Below are positions 28,469-32,000 of a DNA stretch of 32,000 nt, piece after piece (the first letter of the stretch is position 1; every line of letters begins with the position of its first letter). A model generated the notes under the pieces. That model was not told the DNA's origin. It saw nothing but the letters and a program-made list of their open reading frames with translations, and made no database searches. This stretch comes from Trichodesmium erythraeum IMS101 (GTDB lineage: Bacteria > Cyanobacteriota > Cyanobacteriia > Cyanobacteriales > Microcoleaceae): the NCBI RefSeq assembly GCF_000014265.1, contig NC_008312.1:6900001-6932000 (forward strand). Direction: 5' to 3'. The translations under genes and the position numbers were made by a program.

Positions 28469-29314
28469 ATGAAAATTTTTAGAAATAAACTTACAAATGC
28501 TTTCATACCTAAGCCACGCCCTGTTAACAAAAAACAACAACGTCGTGGTATAGAAATTAAATCTGAAAAAGAAATAGAAATCATGCGACAATCATGTAAA
28601 ATTGTCGCAACGGTACTCAAAGAAATTTCTCAAATTGTTAAACCAGGAATGACTACTGCAGACCTAGATGCTTATGCTGAAAAACGTATTCTGGAAATGG
28701 GAGCAATACCAAGTTTTAAAGGTTATCTAGGTTTTCCTAGTTCTATTTGTGCCAGTATAAATAATGAAGTTGTACATGGTATTCCTAACAAAAAAAAGGT
28801 TATTCGGACTGGTGATGTTTTAAAGGTAGATACAGGTGCTTATTATCAAGAATTTCATGGGGACTCTTGTATTACTATTGCTGTAGTTGAAGTTGCTCCA
28901 GAAGCAGCTAAATTAATTCGCGTTGCAGAGGAAGCAATGTATAAAGGTATTGAACAAGTAAAGGCAGGTGCTTATCTACTAGACATTGCAGGGGCTATTC
29001 AAGACCATGTGGAAACAAATGGTTTTTGTGTGGTTGAGGAGTTTACTGGTCATGGTGTGGGCAGAAACTTGCATGAAGAACCTGCAGTATTTAATTTTCG
29101 GACCTTAAATTTACCTAATGTTAGGCTCAGAGCAGGTATGACTTTAGCTATTGAACCTATTGTTAATGCTGGTTCAAGGTTTACAAAGATTTTATCTGAT
29201 AGATGGACTGCTGTTACTCTTGATAATTCTCTTTCTGCTCAGTTTGAGCATACAGTATTAGTGACAAATACTGGTTATGAAATTTTAACTGCTCGCTCTA
29301 CTCCGGATAGGTAA
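28469..29314 (+). CDS. map: Type I methionine aminopeptidase.
   Basis: 281-aa ORF with metal-ligand regions: [39 protein letters not shown] and FEHTVLVT. Confidence 0.92.
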   Translation: MKIFRNKLTNAFIPKPRPVNKKQQRRGIEIKSEKEIEIMRQSCKIVATVLKEISQIVKPGMTTADLDAYAEKRILEMGAIPSFKGYLGFPSSICASINNEVVHGIPNKKKVIRTGDVLKVDTGAYYQEFHGDSCITIAVVEVAPEAAKLIRVAEEAMYKGIEQVKAGAYLLDIAGAIQDHVETNGFCVVEEFTGHGVGRNLHEEPAVFNFRTLNLPNVRLRAGMTLAIEPIVNAGSRFTKILSDRWTAVTLDNSLSAQFEHTVLVTNTGYEILTARSTPDR

Positions 29315-29322
29315 TACAAAAA

Positions 29323-29427
29323 CAGAAAACAGAAAACAGAAAACAGAAAACAGAAAACAGAAAACAGAAAACAGAAAACAGAAAACAGAAAACAGAAAAC
29401 AGAAACCAGAAAACAGAAACCAGAAAA
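29323..29427. repeat. Heptanucleotide microsatellite (CAGAAAA)n, 15 units, two of which are CAGAAAC.
   Basis: Units start at 29323+7k for k=0..14. The array begins 9 nt after the map stop codon. Confidence 0.97.
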
Positions 29428-29872
29428 CAAAAGCTCAGTTTTTATTATAATAGATGTCAGTATGATTTAGATATCTTTGCAGAAAGTATTAAGCTAGCTA
29501 CAAGTTTTATACTACTTAGATGTTAGTAATTTTAAGTCTAAATGAACTATACCTCTTTCAGTTTAAGTATAAAAAGATAAGAGTCTATTAATGTTTATTT
29601 TATAAATCAGCTTGAATACATCTGGTTTCTTAGCAACAGAAGAATACAAAACAAGTCAATATTCTGGAATATCTTAAGCTAAACCTGGTTTTGCTTTGAA
29701 ATATACAACTCATAAAAAAAAACTTTAGTCAAGTGTAGTAAACAATATATTTTGTTCATTCCATTAATGATAAAAATTAGCTAAATTAGAACTAAAAATA
29801 ATGAGTAAGGATAATCTATATTGATCATATTATTTTACTTAAGATAAAAATGAACTAGAGGAAAAATTAAAA

Positions 29873-30574
29873 ATGTCACAAGTGTCAGGAAAAATATTAT
29901 TAGTAGATGATGAACCAGGGTTACGCGAAGCCGTACAAGCTTATTTAGAAGATAGTCATTTTAATGTAGATGTTGCTAGTAATGCTAATGAAGGATGGGA
30001 TATACTGGAGAAAAATTTACCTGATTTAGTAATTACAGATGTTATGATGCCTCAAGTAGATGGTTATCAATTTCTGCAAAAATTACGAGAAGAACCAAGA
30101 TTTAAAGCTTTACCTGTAGTGTTTTTGACTGCCAAGGGGATGACTACAGACCGCATTCAGGGTTATCAGGCGGGTTGTGATGCTTATCTTTCTAAACCTT
30201 TTGACCCAGAGGAGTTAGTAGCTATTGTCAATAATTTGTTAGAGCGTCGAGCATCAGCACAAACAGCTAATGGAGACGAAAAAACTTCGGATATTGCTGC
30301 TCTAGCAGGTCAAATTGCAGAAATAAAGGCAATGTTGATGGGAAAAAATGCAATCGCTAAAACTACTTCAGTGATCAAAATAGATTTGACTCCAAGAGAA
30401 CAGAGTGTTTTAGATCTGGTGGCTAGAGGGCTAATGAATAAGGAAATTGCTAGGGATCTAAGTACCAGTGTTCGGAATGTGGAAAAGTATGTGAGTAGAC
30501 TATTTACTAAAACTGGGACGAATAGTCGAACGGAGTTAGTTCGCTATGCTTTAGAGCATGGGTTGACTAATTGA
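29873..30574 (+). CDS. Two-component response regulator, NarL/FixJ (LuxR-type HTH) family.
   Basis: The REC domain has LLVDDEPG, ITDVMMPQVDG and FLTAKG. The C-terminal LuxR HTH reads LTPREQSVLDLVARGLMNKEIARDLSTSVRNVEKYVSRLFTKTG. There is no adjacent histidine kinase. Confidence 0.88.
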   Translation: MSQVSGKILLVDDEPGLREAVQAYLEDSHFNVDVASNANEGWDILEKNLPDLVITDVMMPQVDGYQFLQKLREEPRFKALPVVFLTAKGMTTDRIQGYQAGCDAYLSKPFDPEELVAIVNNLLERRASAQTANGDEKTSDIAALAGQIAEIKAMLMGKNAIAKTTSVIKIDLTPREQSVLDLVARGLMNKEIARDLSTSVRNVEKYVSRLFTKTGTNSRTELVRYALEHGLTN

Positions 30575-31401
30575 TATAGCACTACAGGTAAGTCAAAAGT
30601 TAAAACTAACTGCATAACTAAAATTCTTGACCTATTCTAATTATGACAGGCTTTCTGGAAGTTTGATGGGTGAGGGTAGGAGGGTTGGTCGCTATGATCG
30701 GAGCGAAGAAATAGAGGCAGAAATAAATAAGGAATTCCAGAGGATGCGTCGAAAGTGTTTTCTTTGAATACTTCTGCTTGACATAGCTCAAAATTGAGGA
30801 TTTTGCTCCGTTTGTTCTACAAACTTATACCTTTTTTGCACGAAAAAAAGCTCAAGCATTTATCTGTAAATTTTTTTAGTCTTGGAAGATTAGCTGATTT
30901 TATTATCGCAACAATGAGGCTAATTATGGACATATTGTAGTAGGAATTTAAGTACCACCATTAACAGTAACTGAATGGTACGTTTTTTCTCCAAAGCTTA
31001 GGTTATCCATCTTGGTAAGAACGCCAAAATACAGTTGATAAAAGGTTCTTAGTCTATTTCAAGAAAGTTTTTGTGCTTAACTGCTCCCTAATATGATAGT
31101 GTATATACTGTTTCGTCTTCTACTAGTTACTTGTTAGTCTTGTAAAAATAGTGTCGCTATTTGTTGTAACTCTCTTTGTCTTAAAAGGGACATATCAAAA
31201 ACCGTGATTGGTTTACTACTGACGGCTATTTTTCTGAGGCTAATAAAATTTGCTTTAATTTAGTCAAAATGGCATAAATTTCTATCCATTTTCTCTCTAT
31301 TAATTCAGCAGAGCTAGAAGTAATTTATGGAAACTTAATCTGCTCCATACCACTTGTGAAAGATGAAATATCGGTCATACTAGATAAACTGAAAAAATTT
31401 A

Positions 31402-32000
31402 GTGCAATCAAATACTGTTCTTGATCAAACAAATGATACAAAGTCCATAGAGTTGCCCTTTACTCTTCAAGAGGTGAAAGCAGCTATTCCTGCCCACTGT
31501 TTTAAATCTTCCCTCTGGAGGTCTCTTAGCTACTTCTTTCTGGATATTGGCATTATCGCAGGTCTATATGGTATTGCTTACAGTTTAGATTCATGGTTCT
31601 TTTTTCCCTTCTTCTGGTTAATGCAAGGAACTATGTTTTGGGCTTTATTTGTAGTCGGGCATGACTGCGGTCATGGTTCTTTCTCAAAATACAAATGGGT
31701 TAATAATTTAGTTGGACACTTGTGTCATACTCCTATTCTCGTGCCATTCCATGGTTGGCGTATTAGTCATAGGACTCATCATGCTAATACAGGAAATATT
31801 GAAACTGATGAAAGTTGGTACCCAGTTTCTGAGAGCAAGTACAATATGATGCTCTGGTATGAAAAGCTATTTCGCTTCTATTTATTGTTATTAGCTTATC
31901 CTCTCTACTTATTTAAGCGATCGCCTAACCGCGAAGGTTCCCACTTTGTCCCCAACAGTCCTTTATTCCGTCCCCATGAAAAATCGGATGTTTTAACTAG
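31402..32000 (+). CDS. desB: Omega-3 (delta-15) acyl-lipid desaturase, N-terminal ~199 codons. The gene continues past the right edge of the window.
   Basis: Hand translation gives ...ELPFTLQEVKAAIPAHCFKSSLWRSLSYFFLDIGIIAGLYG...FVVGHDCGHGSFSKYKW...HGWRISHRTHHANTGNIETDESWYPVSE...RSPNREGSHFVPNSPLFRPHEK. This contains histidine boxes HDCGH and HRTHH and is very close to my recollection of Synechocystis DesB. There is no in-frame ATG. Start candidates are GTG at 31402 or TTG at 31453. Confidence 0.85.
   Translation, partial: MQSNTVLDQTNDTKSIELPFTLQEVKAAIPAHCFKSSLWRSLSYFFLDIGIIAGLYGIAYSLDSWFFFPFFWLMQGTMFWALFVVGHDCGHGSFSKYKWVNNLVGHLCHTPILVPFHGWRISHRTHHANTGNIETDESWYPVSESKYNMMLWYEKLFRFYLLLLAYPLYLFKRSPNREGSHFVPNSPLFRPHEKSDVLT

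Noticed and set aside
30666-30767. 33-codon plus-strand ORF (MGEGRRVGRYDRSEEIEAEINKEFQRMRRKCFL) downstream of the response regulator
   Set aside because: There is no RBS and no recognisable family, so it is probably fortuitous.
1-32000. tRNA, rRNA, tmRNA and RNase P RNA genes
   Set aside because: I scanned by eye for T-loop GGTTCGAATCC-like boxes, the tmRNA GGGGCUG start and the RNase P GAGGAAAGTCC motif and found none. This is not an exhaustive covariance-model search.

Overview
This is an AT-rich cyanobacterial chromosomal segment, most likely from a heterocyst-forming Nostocales-type genome. Support for that origin: 13 copies of the HIP1 octamer GCGATCGC, several heptamer (STRR-style) microsatellites, and the genes psbY, desB, a devA-like ATPase and an NtcA-type site upstream of amt. 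Most of the window is ordinary housekeeping: nagA, purE, amt, an SGNH hydrolase, ispH, glyS, murD, a HEAT-repeat protein, a gamma-CA-like protein, a VOC protein, map and a NarL-type response regulator. The accessory content is at the left end and in a few spacers. (1) A type I restriction-modification operon on the minus strand runs hsdM, hsdS, hsdR. It is split between hsdS and hsdR by about 16 tandem copies of a 104-bp non-coding unit of invariant length. (2) Upstream of hsdM lie three tandem 140-bp cassettes, each with a sigma70-like promoter, about 60 nt, a hairpin and a T8 run, so they look like tandem sRNA genes or stacked terminators. (3) An intact IS630-family element with TA target duplication sits inside a decayed MITE-like relative of itself. 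(4) A 5'-truncated cytosine-5 DNA methyltransferase pseudogene has its catalytic PCQ codon mutated to a stop and a triplicated 72-75 bp segment. (5) Several ORF-free spacers contain repeat or inverted-repeat structures. Two genes absent from the ORF track were found by hand translation: psbY (39 codons) and a 3'-truncated desB. I saw no rRNA, tRNA or CRISPR array. All functional calls rest on motif recognition by eye, and no database search was possible.
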